DNA of 63,553 nucleotides, counting the filler, from Octopus bimaculoides (lineage: Eukaryota): assembly GCF_001194135.2 (NCBI RefSeq). It is 5 parts of 5 records of this genome, joined end to end, with 100 filler letters (N's around TTAATTAATTAA, not from the genome) between each part and the next. Parts side by side here need not be neighbours in the genome. Positions count along the whole stretch, not along the records: positions 1 to 31,136 come from NC_069005.1; positions 31,237 to 53,294 come from NC_068988.1; 3 more parts are not named here. One strand, written 5' to 3'. A program made the translations under genes and the position numbers. The notes beneath the pieces are model-generated. The model searched no databases and was not told the DNA's origin. It saw only the letters and a program-made list of their open reading frames with translations. How positions within the stretch are numbered: position 1 is the first letter of the stretch; every line of letters starts with the position of its first letter. Below, piece after piece: positions 1 to 35,149 of this stretch.

Positions 1-2194
1 TGAGTCCTTTGTTAATGGTTCCAAGAGAAACAAGGGCTAAAGCGAATGAATTGTTTTTTTCACTCAAAAGTTCTGTCTTTTTCTGTTGATTTTAAAGTTC
101 TGTTGAACTTTATTGCTATAAAAATAGCAATAATAACAGTCTTGAACAAGTCAAACATTGCTCTTGCCCCTTACTGGTCAAATAACCCAACCTACAAAAA
201 ATTCCAGGTAGAGGGGGAAAAAAAAAAAATCCACCATACAAGTAAAGACAAACTTTTAAATACGATTCTATTTATAAACCAATTTAAGCTTATAGATATC
301 AGTGTGAATGCACAAGGAACGCCCTAAGACATTTGGGTAAAACTACACACATACACACTAGTGCAGGCCTAAAGCCAATATAGATAAGTCTTAGCATGTA
401 CTTTTGCTACTGTAGACATTTTTTTTCCATAAATATGTATACTAGGAGATAGACAGAAATAAGGTGTTGGTCACTGTTGTGTCACCTGCTTCTCTATCCC
501 CTTTCATCCCTGCAAAACTATGCACTGGTATGTCGTCTCTCATTCATCCTTCTATTGTAGCATCCCCCATACCTTGAAAACCCATTCTGACACCGTCACC
601 ACTTCCATCACTGTCCAGCTTTACCCCTCTTTTTCTAAAATGCGAGTAGTCGTTCCTCTACAGCAAGAAATCTATTCTGCTCTGACCCCACCTTCTCTCA
701 TAATTTATTAGTCTCTACTCCTTATTCTCCTAGCTTGAAGTCCCGCCCCCCACCAAACCCACACAGGGGTTCATAGTCATGCAAGCAGCTTGGCAACTGT
801 GCTAGTGCTAATGCCATGAAAAAAAACAAAAAAACACCCAGTACACACTGTGAAGGGATTGGTGTTATGAAAGGCATTCAATTGTAGAAACGATGCCAAA
901 TAAACAGTGGAGCATGATGCAGTTCTTGGACTCATTGAATCCTGTCAGACTGTGCAACAACTCATGCCAGGATAGAACATGGGTGTTAAATAATGATGAT
1001 GAGGAAATAGANNNNNNNNNNNNNNNNNNNNNNNNNNNNNNNNNNNNNNNNNNNNNNNNNNNNNNNNNNNNNNNNNNNNNNNNNNNNNNNNNNNNNNNNN
1101 NNNNNNNNNNNNNNNNNNNNNNNNNNNNNNNNNNNNNNNNNNNNNNNNNNNNNNNNNNNNNNNNNNNNNNNNNNNNNNNNNNNNNNNNNNNNNNNNNNNN
1201 NNATTGAAATATCAAGCAGTAAATAAATAAATAAATAACAACGAGTTATGATCTAGTTATCACATGCAAGCAAGAAAGCACACCACACATACGAGGAGGA
1301 GGAGGAGGAGGAGGAGGAGTTGCAGGAAGAGGCCAGAGAAGGTGAGGGAGAAGGCATATAAGATGAAGGAAATAAAATATAGCTCGCAACAATGGTAGAA
1401 TAGATGGTTATCATATTGTCTGTAAGTAGAGATTAAGGACCCAGAGGTTATAAGTTATCTAGAATATACCATGAATTATCTATGATATACCAAGAAAGAA
1501 AAAAAAAGAATAGAAAGTGAGGAGATGGATATAGTTAACTTATTACTCAAATTATATTTTAGATATATATTTATAGAAAAAAAATTAAAGTGTCTTTCTA
1601 TAAAACTTTGAGACATTAGCTGAATCCTAGAAGAATTTAACTCAATCCTAAAGAATCCAAAATCAAAATATAGAACCAATACATGGATATTATGACACAA
1701 AAAAGGTTTTGATTGAACAAGAAAACTAGGAAAATATTCCAAGGTTAAAATATAATTAAAAAAAAAAAAAACGAGAAAAGAGGAATGTGATAAATTCTAG
1801 CGGAATACGTTTGTAAAACAAAGATATAGTTTTTGTTTCCTTTCTCGTATCATGTCATATTCTTGGAAGTTCTGAGAATACTGGAAGAAGCAACAACTGA
1901 GTGGTGGGAACGGAAGGAGAAAAAAAAAAAAAAGTTTATATTTTATGGAAACTTATAAAGGATTTCGTATAAGAATAATAATTGTAGTAATAATAATAAT
2001 AATAATAATAGTGAATATAACTGNNNNNNNNNNNNNNNNNNNNNNNNNNNNNNNNNNNNNNNNNNNNNNNNNNNNNNNNNNNNNNNNNNNNNNNNNNNNN
2101 NNNNNNNNNNNNNNNNNNNNNNNNNNNNNNNNNNNNNNNNNNNNNNNNNNNNNNNNNNNNNNNNNNNNNNNNNNNNNNNNNNNNNNNNNCCTTA

Positions 2195-24783
<22,589 letters not shown>

Positions 24784-26259
24784 CTAAAAGTCAACGGAGA
24801 AAAAAAAAAAGAAAAATTATTACATGGTGAAGCTATTCATGGATGTAATTGTTTACTTTTAGAATGACATTGTAGGGTAGTGTGAGAAGCCGGAACCAGT
24901 CAGTTTGAACATAAATCATATAGAATACCTGGGCTGGATATGGCCAGTTTAAATGCTGAAGGGTTAAACCTGGAGGTTAGTATCACAGAACCAGGGCCAG
25001 TGTCAAGCAGGCTGGGATCAAAAGGGTTAAAGCATGTAATATAAGCCCACATATAGTGCTCAGGATGAATTTTTTGAGACCCTTTATTGGGCGGAAAATA
25101 TGTCTTCTATGCCATCAAAAATGGTAAATTTATGGAAATAAGACAGACGAACTTAAGGTCTGAGATGAGAATGAATTGTTATAATTATTAACTTAATATA
25201 TTTAAAATTATTTACATCTAGATTACATTTCAATCACTTTGATCTGTCATCAGGTGATATAGTTCTGGATATGACTGCATGGTTAACAAGTTCGATCCAT
25301 GACCACATGGTCTTGGGTTCAGTCCCACTGCATAGAATCAAACAAAGGAAAGGGTCTTCTACTTTAGCCTCAGTTTAACCAATGTCTTAACCAATGTCTT
25401 AAGAATGAAAATTCAGATGGAAACTGTATGAAGAATGAAAACCTATCAGCAAGCAGTGGCAATGGTTATAATTCTTTATAAACACACATTTACACACACA
25501 CACGGCAGACTTCCACACAGTTTCCATTTACCAATTTTACTTACAAAGCATTGACCAGCCTAAGGATATAGAAGACGCTTGCCTAAGGTGTCACGTAGTA
25601 GGATCGAACCTGAAACCATGTGGTTGCAAAGCAAGTTTCTTAACCAAATAGCCATACCTGTGCCCATTTTTAAAACAATAGCCAATAAAATAAATCTATT
25701 TGGCCAATGCTGAGCTGAGTCAAAATACAGCTACAATCACCCCCCAGCAAGAAAATAAATATGTAGACAGAAGAGGGGGGGGGGNNNNNNNNNNNNNNNN
25801 NNNNNNNNNNNNNNNNNNNNNNNNNNNNNNNNNNNNNNNNNNNNAGTTTAAAACATGTAGGTGTCATATCCAGTGTCCCACAAATTGAAAGCTTATGTAA
25901 CAGTTGATCTGTCACAGAGGTACAAAGCCAGAAATACCGAGGAGAGTGGGACATGTGGAGGGCGGGAGGAGGGATTTGGAATGAGGGTGTATAGTTAAAC
26001 TATATCAATCCTACATATTAGGTTGTCAGATAAATTGGTTTATTTTTATTTTTATTTTTATTTTTCTACTTGGCATTCTGTTGTAGCAGGTGTGAAAAGA
26101 GGTAAAGTTTATTCAAATTTTGAAAACAATGAATAAAAGTTGCAGAGGAACTATAGAAAAAAAAAGGAAAAGAAAAGAAATATCCCATAAAATACTGCAA
26201 TAAAAATATTTTGTGTTAATTCAAATTACACTGGGAAAGATTAAAATAAACAACAATCA

Positions 26260-26670
26260 GACGTAGGAGTGGCTGTGTGGTAAGTAGCTTGCTTACCAAC
26301 CACATGGTTCTGGGTTCAGTCCCACTGTGTGGCACCTTGGGCAAGTGTCTACTACTATAGCTTCGGGCTGACCAAAGCCTTGTGAGTGGATTTGGTAGGT
26401 GGAAACTGAAAGAAGCCCGTCGTATATATGTATATATATATATATGTATGTGTGTGCGTGTGTTTGTCCCCCCAACATCGCTTGACAACCGATGCTGGTG
26501 TGTTTACGTCCCCATAACTTAGCAGTTCGGCAAAAAGAGACCAATAGAATAAGTACTAGGCTTCCAAAGAATAAGTCCTGGGGTTGATTTGCTCGACTAA
26601 AGGTGGTGCTCCAGCATGGCCACAGTCAAATGACTGAAACAAGTAGATGAGTGAAAAGAGAGTAAAGAGA
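26260..26670 (+). mobile_element. SINE family A copy, near full length
   Basis: Head aggagtggctgtgtggtaag...ggttcagtcccactg (A/B-box-like); tail gactgaaacaagta. Confidence 0.9.
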
Positions 26671-27327
26671 ACAAATCAATCCGAGAACCCGACAGTTGAG
26701 CAGTACTTTATCCAACTGGACTGAACCCCAATGTGACCCTTAATGAGATCTGAACTGAAAACAGCCACAGAGAAGCTCCCACTTTCTAAAAATTTCTAAC
26801 ATAGGTACAAACAGATTTTGGGGGTGGATGAAGAGGTTGCAGATTGGGGAGGCAGAGGAGTCACAAATATAAACTGAATTTCAGTTTAACTGGTTTCGGC
26901 ACTTGACTGGTACTTTATAGATCTTGGATGGGGACGAAGGGCTGAGTTAACCCTAGCAAGATCTGACCCCAGAATGAAACTGTTACTGTAAAGCATTTCA
27001 CCCGCTACCCTACCAGCTAATTAGTTAACCGATATCACGTTAGTATTATTGGTTACTTAATTACTAATGACTGTTTGTAACACAGGCACCAAGGCCAGAA
27101 ACTTTGGTGTGTGTGTGTGTGTGGGGGGGGAGAATAGCTGGTCATATGGATGGAACCCAGCACCACGAATGGTACCATTATCTTCTTGACTTCACATGGA
27201 TGAAGGGCAAATGGAAGAAGATGACCTACACGAGATTTGAACTCAAAACGTAGATATGATGAAACCAAATACTGCAAAGTCTTTCCTCCGCTACTGTACC
27301 TGCCAATCAACCAATACTACTCCTAAC

Positions 27328-27359
<32 letters not shown>

Positions 27360-29089
27360 CACTACCACCACCAATAATAATAATAATAATAGTAATAATA
27401 AAATCTTTGAAGTTGTTGATAACACGCCAAGTTATGAATCTCCTTGGATTCTGAAGAGAGAAAGAAGAGAGGTAATTATGCTTAATATCCTTTTATCTCC
27501 AGGAGGGTGGTAAAAGGGTGGGGTGGGGGAGTCATTTCACCTTATGTGATGAAAAAAAAACCCCAAAAAAAAACAAAGAAAGAAGAGAGCAGGGTGGAAA
27601 TAAAAACGAATAAACAGATTTAGTAAGCACCCCACTAGGTTTTTTTTCTTTTTATCTTTATTTTTTTTTTTACACTCACCCACCTGCCTACCTACCCTAA
27701 CGAACGGGCTAAAATCATACCTGTGCCCCAGAATGGCTCTCCAGATACCCTGGCACATTCCCAACTCAGATGTTTAGCGGTGGTGGTGGTGGTNNNNNNN
27801 NNNNNNNNNNNNNNNNNNNNNNNNNNNNNNNNNNNNNNNNNNNNNNNNNNNNNNNNNNNNNNNNNNNNNNNNNNNNNNNNNNNNNNNNNNNNNNNNNNNN
27901 NNNNNNNNNNNNNNNNNNNNNNNNNNNNNNNNNNNNNNNNNNNNNNNNNNNNNNNNNNNNNNNNNNNNNNNNNNNNNNNNNNNNNNNNNNNNNNNNNNNN
28001 NNNNNNNNNNNNNNNNNNNNNNNNNNNNNNNNNNNNNNNNNNNNNNNNNNNNNNNNNNNNNNNNNNNNNNNNNNNNNNNNNNNNNNNNNNNNNNNNNNNN
28101 NNNNNNNNNNNNNNNNNNNNNNNNNNNNNNNNNNNNNNNNNNNNNNNNNNNNNNNNNNNNNNNNNNNNNNNNNNNNNNNNNNNNNNNNNNNNNNNNNNNN
28201 NNNNNNNNNNNNNNNNNNNNNNNNNNNNNNNNNNNNNNNNNNNNNNNNNNNNNNNNNNNNNNNNNNNNNNNNNNNNNNNNNNNNNNNNNNNNNNNNNNNN
28301 NNNNNNNNNNNNNNNNNNNNNNNNNNNNNNNNNNNNNNNNNNNNNNNNNNNNNNNNNNNNNNNNNNNNNNNNNNNNCTTAGTTCACCAAGAAATGTTGCC
28401 AAGATAACAACCAAAATAAATAAATACGAAGTAAAAAAAAAGTAAGAAAAACAGCAGCACCCTCCCCATCTTATTCTTCCAGGTGAGCCTCGCCTCCTCC
28501 TCCTCCAATCTGAAGAGTGAAGGGCAAAGGTGGGTAAAAGGAGTTTAGGTTACATACAGTTACCTTCAAAGATATACTGCAACACACAGGGCTAGCTAGA
28601 TAGAGACTGTTGTGTGTGACAGAGCTAGAGAGAGAGAGCTAGAGAGAGGGAGAGAGCTAGAGATGAGGGGGTGGGTAAAAAAGGTACTTAAAGAAGATAA
28701 AGAGAGAAGATAACGGAAGAAGGGGGTGGATGTATGTGTGAGGGTGTGTGGAACCAAGCAAACAAATTTCTTGAAGTACAAAAGTACAAGCTGACAGAGG
28801 AAAAAGAAAATACCACCACCATCTTGCCATCAGCAGTCAGTTGGGATATAAACGGTGTGGGGGATGGATGGGTGGATGGATGGAGACAAAGAATAAATGA
28901 ATGGGGTGGGGGGAGTGAAAGTTTTCCATGATTCATCATCAACATTTAGTCTGTAGACCTTTATATTCTGAGTTTGAATCTCTACAAGGTCACTTGTCTT
29001 TCACTTTTCTAAGGTCAATGCAACAAAGTACCAGTGGAATACTGGGGATCAGTCTGGGGTCATCTGTAACCTGTACTGGCTTTGTGGCC

Positions 29090-29340
29090 TTGTGGCACTC
29101 CATTGATTACGATGACAATGAGGGCTCCAGTTGATCCGATCAACGGAACAGTCTACTTGTGAAATTAATGTGCAAGTGGCTGAGCGCTCTACAGACTCGT
29201 GTCCTCTTAGCGTAGTTCTCAGAGAGATTCAGCATGACACAGAATGTGACAGGGCTGACCCCTTTGAATTACAGGTATGACTTGTTTTTGCCAGCTGAGT
29301 GGACAGGAGCAATGTTGATAACCATGTGTGCACATGCTTG
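29090..29340 (-). mobile_element. SINE family B-related 3' portion, inverted
   Basis: Reverse complement of gtgctcagccacttgcac.ttaatttcac...ccgttgatcggatcaactgga. Confidence 0.8.
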
Positions 29341-30062
29341 CACTTATATATATATATGAGAGAGAGAGAGTGAGGACACATGGCCTGGTGGTTAGGGTGT
29401 TGCACTCACAATCGTGAGGTTGTGGTTTCAATTCCTAGGACCAGGTGGTGTGTTGTGTTCTTGGGTAAATCACTTCATCTCACGCTCTGGGATCACTTTG
29501 ACACCTGATGCATGCTACACCGTGGACCTGCTCAAGCAACATCGGTTTGATAGAGACAGCGAGCTAAAGTACAACACATACATTTGATTACTAAACAAAT
29601 CATTTGTGCAGTTTGTTCGGTTAAAAAAGCTGAATACTCGTACGTCGTCTTTGACAGGAGAGTCTGCCATATGAGATAGATAGATAGATACATAGTGAAG
29701 CCAAGAAACAATGACCAAACCACATGATATACAACAAGACTGATATCAAGTAATTCTAATTTTGGTACAGGGCCAGATTGATATCTAATAATATTGTTAC
29801 AAACTAATGATTTCTCAGAGACAAAGGCCTCAAGTTTGGTGGAGCGGTCAAAGAGCTGGAACAAAAGACTTTGTCCACATAACACAGCAAAAGTAAAAAT
29901 AGAAGTTTAATATGTATATACTGTTTAAGCTGAGGTCAATCTTGTTTGTGCAGATGTGTTCTTTCATGCATTCCGGTAGTGACCATCCCATCTATTTCTT
30001 AAACAGTTTATTTAGGACTACATCAACCAATGCCTTTTTTTTAACCCTTTATCATTCAGATT

Positions 30063-30696
30063 GTGGAGGTGCAATGGCCCAGTGGTTAGGGCAGCGGACT
30101 TGCGGTCATAGGATCGTGGTTTCGATTCCCCGATTGGGCGTTGTGAGTGTTTATTGAGCGAAAACACCTAAAGCTCCATGAGGCTGTGGCAGGGGATGGT
30201 GGCGAACCCTGCTGTACTCTTTCACCACAAATTTCTCTCACTCTTACTTCCTGTTTTTGTTGTGCCTGTAATTCAAAGGGTCAGCCTTGTCACACTGAAT
30301 ATCTCCGAGAACTACATTAAGGGTACACGTGTCTGTGGAGTGCTCAACCACTTGCACGTTAATTTNNNNNNNNNNCGATTGGGCGTTGTGAGTGTTTATT
30401 GAGCGAAAACACCTAAAGCTCCACGAGGCTCCGGCAGGGGATGGTGACGACCCCTGTTGTACTCTTTCACCACAACTTTCTCTCACTCTTACTTCCTGTT
30501 TCTGTTGTACCTGTATTTCAAAGGGCCAGCCTTGTCACACTCTGTGTCACGTTGAATATCCCCGAGAACTACGTTAAGGGTACACGTGTCTGTGGAGTGC
30601 TCAGCCACTTGCACGTTAATTTCACGAGCAGGCTGTTCCGTTGATTGGATCAACTGGAATCCTCGACGTCGTAAGCGATGGAGTGCCAACAACAAC
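30063..30696 (+). mobile_element. SINE family B with 12-bp TSD ATCATTCAGATT; internally duplicated around a 10-N gap
   Basis: TSD at 30051-30062 and 30697-30708. Confidence 0.9.
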
Positions 30697-31235
30697 ATCA
30701 TTCAGATTATTCTGTGGAATGCAATGTTTGTTTATTCGCATTGTTTTGAATCGATCGTGCATCGTCTTGTAGCTTTGAAAATTTCCATGTGGTTCTTTAA
30801 TTTTAGAATGAAATTGTTGGCTAGGTGAGAGAAGCCAGACCTGGCTGGCTTGAATATAAAAAAAAAGGTAGAATATCTGAGCCAGATACGGCCAGTTTAA
30901 ATGCTTAAGTGCTAATAGGGAGGAAGGATGGGATTTGGTTACTATTTCTAGCAGGTCAATCGAAAGACTTCACCGACCATGTCTACACTGGCTATCAAAA
31001 TGTAAATTGTCTTAGTTCCCATACACCATCTCAGTTCAAACCACCTGCTAAACAAGTGGAATGCAATGATAATAATAATAATAATAATAATAAATAATTT
31101 ATTTGCTACAGGTGTATATGTGACAGAGGGGGGGGGNNNNNNNNNNNNNNNNNNNNNNNNNNNNNNNNNNNNNNNNNNNNTTAATTAATTAANNNNNNNN
31201 NNNNNNNNNNNNNNNNNNNNNNNNNNNNNNNNNNN

Positions 31236-31552
31236 NTCTCTGTACATGGCTCGCACAGCTCTCACTAGCCATTCTTCTATCCCAAGTTTCCTCATTGACC
31301 ACCAGATAAGGGATCGGGGGACCCTGTCAAAGGCTTTCTCCATGTCAACGAAAGCCAGGTACAGAGGTTTATCCTTGGCTAGGTATTTCTCTTGCAACTG
31401 TCTCACTAGAAATAAGGCATCAGTAGTGCTTTTACCTGGCACGAACCCAAACTGCATCTCATCTAAATTGATTCGCTCCCTAATTAGTTGGGCTATGACC
31501 CTCTCTGTAACTTTCATAACCTGATCTAACAGCTTGATGCCTCTGTAATTAG
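31236..31552 (-). mobile_element. RTE-clade LINE reverse-transcriptase fragment
   Basis: NYRGIKLLDQVMKVTERVIAQLIRERINLDEMQFGFVPGKSTTDALFLVRQLQEKY...LAFVDMEKAFDRVPR contains non-LTR RT motifs; the frame is open up to the gap. Confidence 0.92.
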
Positions 31553-31604
31553 CAGTACATGCAGATAATATTCCCACCAGTCTTCCATAGTTATTAATAT
31601 GCAA

Positions 31605-32308
31605 GGAATGAAGCCAGTATGCTCCGATGGATGTGTAATGTCAGTGTGCATACTCGACAGAGTGTAAGTACCTTGAGAGAATAGTTGGACCTAAGAAGCA
31701 TCAGTTGTGGTGCACAAGAGAGATGATTGCGCTGGTATGGTCATGTGGCGAGAATAGATAAGGATAGCTGTGTGAAAAAGTGCCACACCCTAGTGGTTGA
31801 GGGAACCTGTGGAAGAAGTACACCCAGGAAGACCTGGAATTAGGTGGCGATGCACGACCTTCGAAAATTAGGCCTCACTGAGGCAATGACTTCTGACCGA
31901 GACCTCTGGAAATATGCTGTGCCTGAGAAGACCCAGAAAGACAAGTGAGACCATAACCCATGGCCTTTACCAGGTGTGTAGCCAGCCCACTTATGTGTAC
32001 CTTTCCTTCTTTGGACACAAAACTGTGCTTGTGAAGACCTGTTGGGGCAAGTGAAATCGAAATTGAACCAAGTTCAATGACTGGCACCAGTGCCAGTAGA
32101 GTGGGATCACTGTCTGGCTTCCATGCCAGTGGCACGTAAAAAGTACCATTTGAGCGTGATTGTTACCAGCGTTGCCTTATTGGCACTTGTGCCAGTAGCA
32201 AGTGAACAAAATATTCGAACGAGGTCAATGCCAGTGCCACTGAATTGATTCTTGTGCAGGTGGCATGTAAAAAAACCCATGCTAGCATGGAAAGTGCATG
32301 TTAAACGG

Positions 32309-32339
<31 letters not shown>

Positions 32340-32340
32340 A
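31605..32340 (+). mobile_element. RTE-clade LINE 3' end (ORF C-terminus with stops, 3' UTR, (GAT)n tail)
   Basis: RNEASMLRWMCNVSVHTRQ...LRWYGHVAR...GTCGRSTPRKTW, followed by the shared catgctagcatggaaag...ttaaac(gat)n terminus. Confidence 0.88.
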
Positions 32341-33412
32341 TATACACACACACACACACATATATATATAATATGGGTGGCTTATTAGCGATTTAACAAC
32401 CCAAAGGCAAGTTTATAGACGTCACAACAGTGACAGAGGTTACTATGTAGTGCCAACATTGCTAGAAATAAGTGTCAAAGCACCTCAATAACCACAGAAG
32501 CACTATCTTAATGACTGACAAGGGAGACAAGCTCCCTAGTGGATATAGCCAGATCACTGATGATTTCAAATTTTGATGCAAAGCATCTTAATTCTCATCT
32601 GTAGCGCTTACTGCACCTAGCCAAAATGGCTGATAGTTAGCAAGGTGGGACACACATAAGAAAGAAGAAAGCAAAGGACCACTGATGAGGTCACAGAAGT
32701 GTGATGAAAAAACTCTGGCCGAAATAGGATTAATGTAATGCAATGTAATATAAAGCTGAAGCAAATTAACACCAAGTGCGTGTGTTTTTATTGGCTAAAC
32801 TGGCAATATGACCATCCCCAAGTACAACACCATCTGTTTCAACACACGATTTCACATCAAAAATCTTGCAAAACAAACATATATATNNNNNNNNNNNNNN
32901 NNNNNNNNNNNNNNNNNNNNNNNNNNNNNNNNNNNNNNNNNNNNNNNNNNNNNNNNNNNNNNNNNNNNNNNNNNNNNNNNNNNNNNNNNNNNNNNNNNNN
33001 NNNNNNNNNNNNNNNNNNNNNNNNNNNNNNNNNNNNNNNNNNNNNNNNNNNNNNNNNNNNNNNATATATATATATATACATATATATAGAGAGAGATTGA
33101 AGTTAAAATGAGAAAGCAAAACGTTTGGCATCACTTGAAATAGATGTTCAATTTAGATAAAGATTATAAACATAGACAGTCTCTTACAGCTGTTTCGAAA
33201 ATAACCAAGCATATGGTCATTATATTGAGTAAGGAAACTATAAGCTGAGTATTCTTTTACCAGTTCCAGTTTTGAATATGGATATATGGGAGAATGTACG
33301 AAAAAAAACAACAGACGAGGGCAGGTGGTGTAAACAACAAAAGGATGTATTAGTATTACGCTCGGGAATACATATGTGTGTGTGTGTATATATATATGTA
33401 TATATATATATG

Positions 33413-33457
<45 letters not shown>

Positions 33458-33973
33458 GCATATATATACATACATATATACATATATACATAAATAAAGA
33501 AATGGTGTTAAACACAGGTGTTATTCAATTCTTTATACTTCCAACATTATCACACCCCATGAAAGTGATAATTATATTAGTAATAGCAAATTAACCCCAA
33601 GTAACAATTCTAAGAACTGTAGGTATGTAAATACCAATAATACCAGTGATAACACTGATAACCCAGACTTAGCCAGTAACAGTATAGATAACATAGTTAA
33701 TTGTAATGAAGACACTGAAGTACTGATGATTCCGCAGGTATCCCATTTGCAACCATTAGATGTGAGTAGCATTAATATAAATTTATGTAATAATACAAAT
33801 GATAATAACTTGAGGAATAATAACATAACCCTTAATAATACTTCTAAGAATTTGAACAGTACCATGTGTGATGACACTACAAATATGAACAACAGGAGAA
33901 ATGCAGCACATACCCAAGGCGCACAGAGCTGCGCTCGGTAGTGAAGTGAAAGCACGTTATAAAAATAAAACTA

Positions 33974-34010
<37 letters not shown>

Positions 34011-34013
<3 letters not shown>

Positions 34014-34308
34014 GAAAACGAGAAAGCAACCATACTCTGGGATATGCCAATACACACAGATAGAGAAATTAAGGCAAATAGACCAGATATAGTTGTCAAA
34101 GATCATGAAGGAAAAAAATGCCTTCTAATTGATGTTTCAATACCAGCAGATGACAACGTTTCTCTAAAAGAAATGGAAAAACTTTCAAAATACAAAGACC
34201 TGGAAATAGAGATAACTCGAATGTGGAATCTAAAAACAGAAACAATTCCTATCATAGTAGGTGCCTTAGGTATAATAAAAAAATATTCAGACAAATACAT
34301 AACAAAAA
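34011..34308 (+). mobile_element. R4/Dong-like non-LTR retrotransposon, restriction-like endonuclease fragment
   Basis: ILWDMPIHTDREIKANRPDIVVKD...LIDVSIP...KEMEKLSKYKDLEIEITRMW...IPIIVGALG is an RPD...D...K PD-(D/E)xK motif; starts immediately after a (TAA)n tract. Confidence 0.9.
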
Positions 34309-34395
34309 NNNNNNNNNNNNNNNNNNNNNNNNNNNNNNNNNNNNNNNNNNNNNNNNNNNNNNNNNNNNNNNNNNNNNNNNNNNNNNNNNNNNNNN

Positions 34396-34428
<33 letters not shown>

Positions 34429-34429
<1 letters not shown>

Positions 34430-34714
34430 GCTCAGATACCAGGAAACCCCAAAATGGCTGAAGTTCAAAAGATAGTGCTCATGGGAACTGCCCACATCCT
34501 ACGTAAAATACTGTCTATGTGATCTCAAATTTTAAAGCAAACACATAATTTTCTTATGGTTTCTTAAACATTCACTTGAACAAAACTGTACAAATCCAAA
34601 TATATGGTACCCTAAGTATAACACCTACATGAACTTCTAACTTGTTGTCTCTTGAGGTCTCTGGGTGAGACTTGGATCCAACTTGTACAAATGCAAAACA
34701 AAAGTCAAACATAA
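34429..34714 (+). mobile_element. R4/Dong-like 3' terminus of a second family (IPGNPKMAEVQKIVLMGTAHILRKILSM-stop plus 3' UTR), flanked by (TAA)n
   Basis: GTAHILR terminal motif; (TAA)n on both sides. Confidence 0.85.
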
Positions 34715-34744
34715 AATAATAATAATAATAATAATAATAATAAT

Positions 34745-35100
34745 CACAGTTGCAATTGTAGGGAAAGATCTCTCTGCCCACTATCAGGTCAATGTTTAGT
34801 AGGATATATTGTTTATAAATGTACAATACTGACAGAAAATAATAATTTTGTTTATATAGGGTACTCAGTAAATATGAAAAAATGATTGAATAACCATTTT
34901 TCATCCTTTAGACATAAGAATAAAGCTAATAGTACCTCTTTATCTATGAAAATCTGGGAACTTAAAGACAATAATATCAATTTCCGTCTTAAATGGGATT
35001 TAGTGCATAGAACTAAAACATACACAAATAGCTGATATGGATGTAGACTATGTTTTATGAAATTTTTAAATATAAAGATACGAACAATTTCATTAATAAT
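34745..35100 (+). mobile_element. Penelope-like element GIY-YIG endonuclease remnant (two in-frame stops)
   Basis: CNCRERSLCPLSGQCLVGYIVYKCTILTENNNFVYIGYSVNMKK*LNNHFSSF...TSLSMKIWELKDNNINFRLKWDLV...CRLC shows the Cys-rich lead-in, IVY...YIG motif and terminal CxxC typical of PLE endonucleases. Not in the ORF track. Confidence 0.8.
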
Positions 35101-35149
35101 AAATTAGATCTTAGACTGTCAAGTGTTCATGATATTAAGCGTACCTTTA

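Noticed and set aside
28564-28576. 13-nt AG...GT-bounded micro-exon candidate (TATATCTTTGAAG); similarly a 15-nt candidate near 47280-47294
   Set aside because: They do not encode recognisable SERCA N-terminal sequence, and such matches are expected by chance in 39 kb; RNA-seq would be needed.
29515-29718. ORF containing MADSPVKDDVRVFSFF as a SERCA start exon
   Set aside because: No similarity to SERCA N-termini and no convincing donor site.
30063-30696. Apparent SINE B dimer (and the internal duplication at about 57930-58020)
   Set aside because: The duplicated segments overlap across 10-N gaps and a single TSD pair flanks the whole insertion; this is most likely a contig-overlap artefact.
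31181-31192. TTAATTAATTAA islands inside N runs (also about 53339, 59859 and 62028)
   Set aside because: An identical 12-mer centred in ~100-bp gaps, with stops in all frames, is an assembly gap marker rather than biological sequence.
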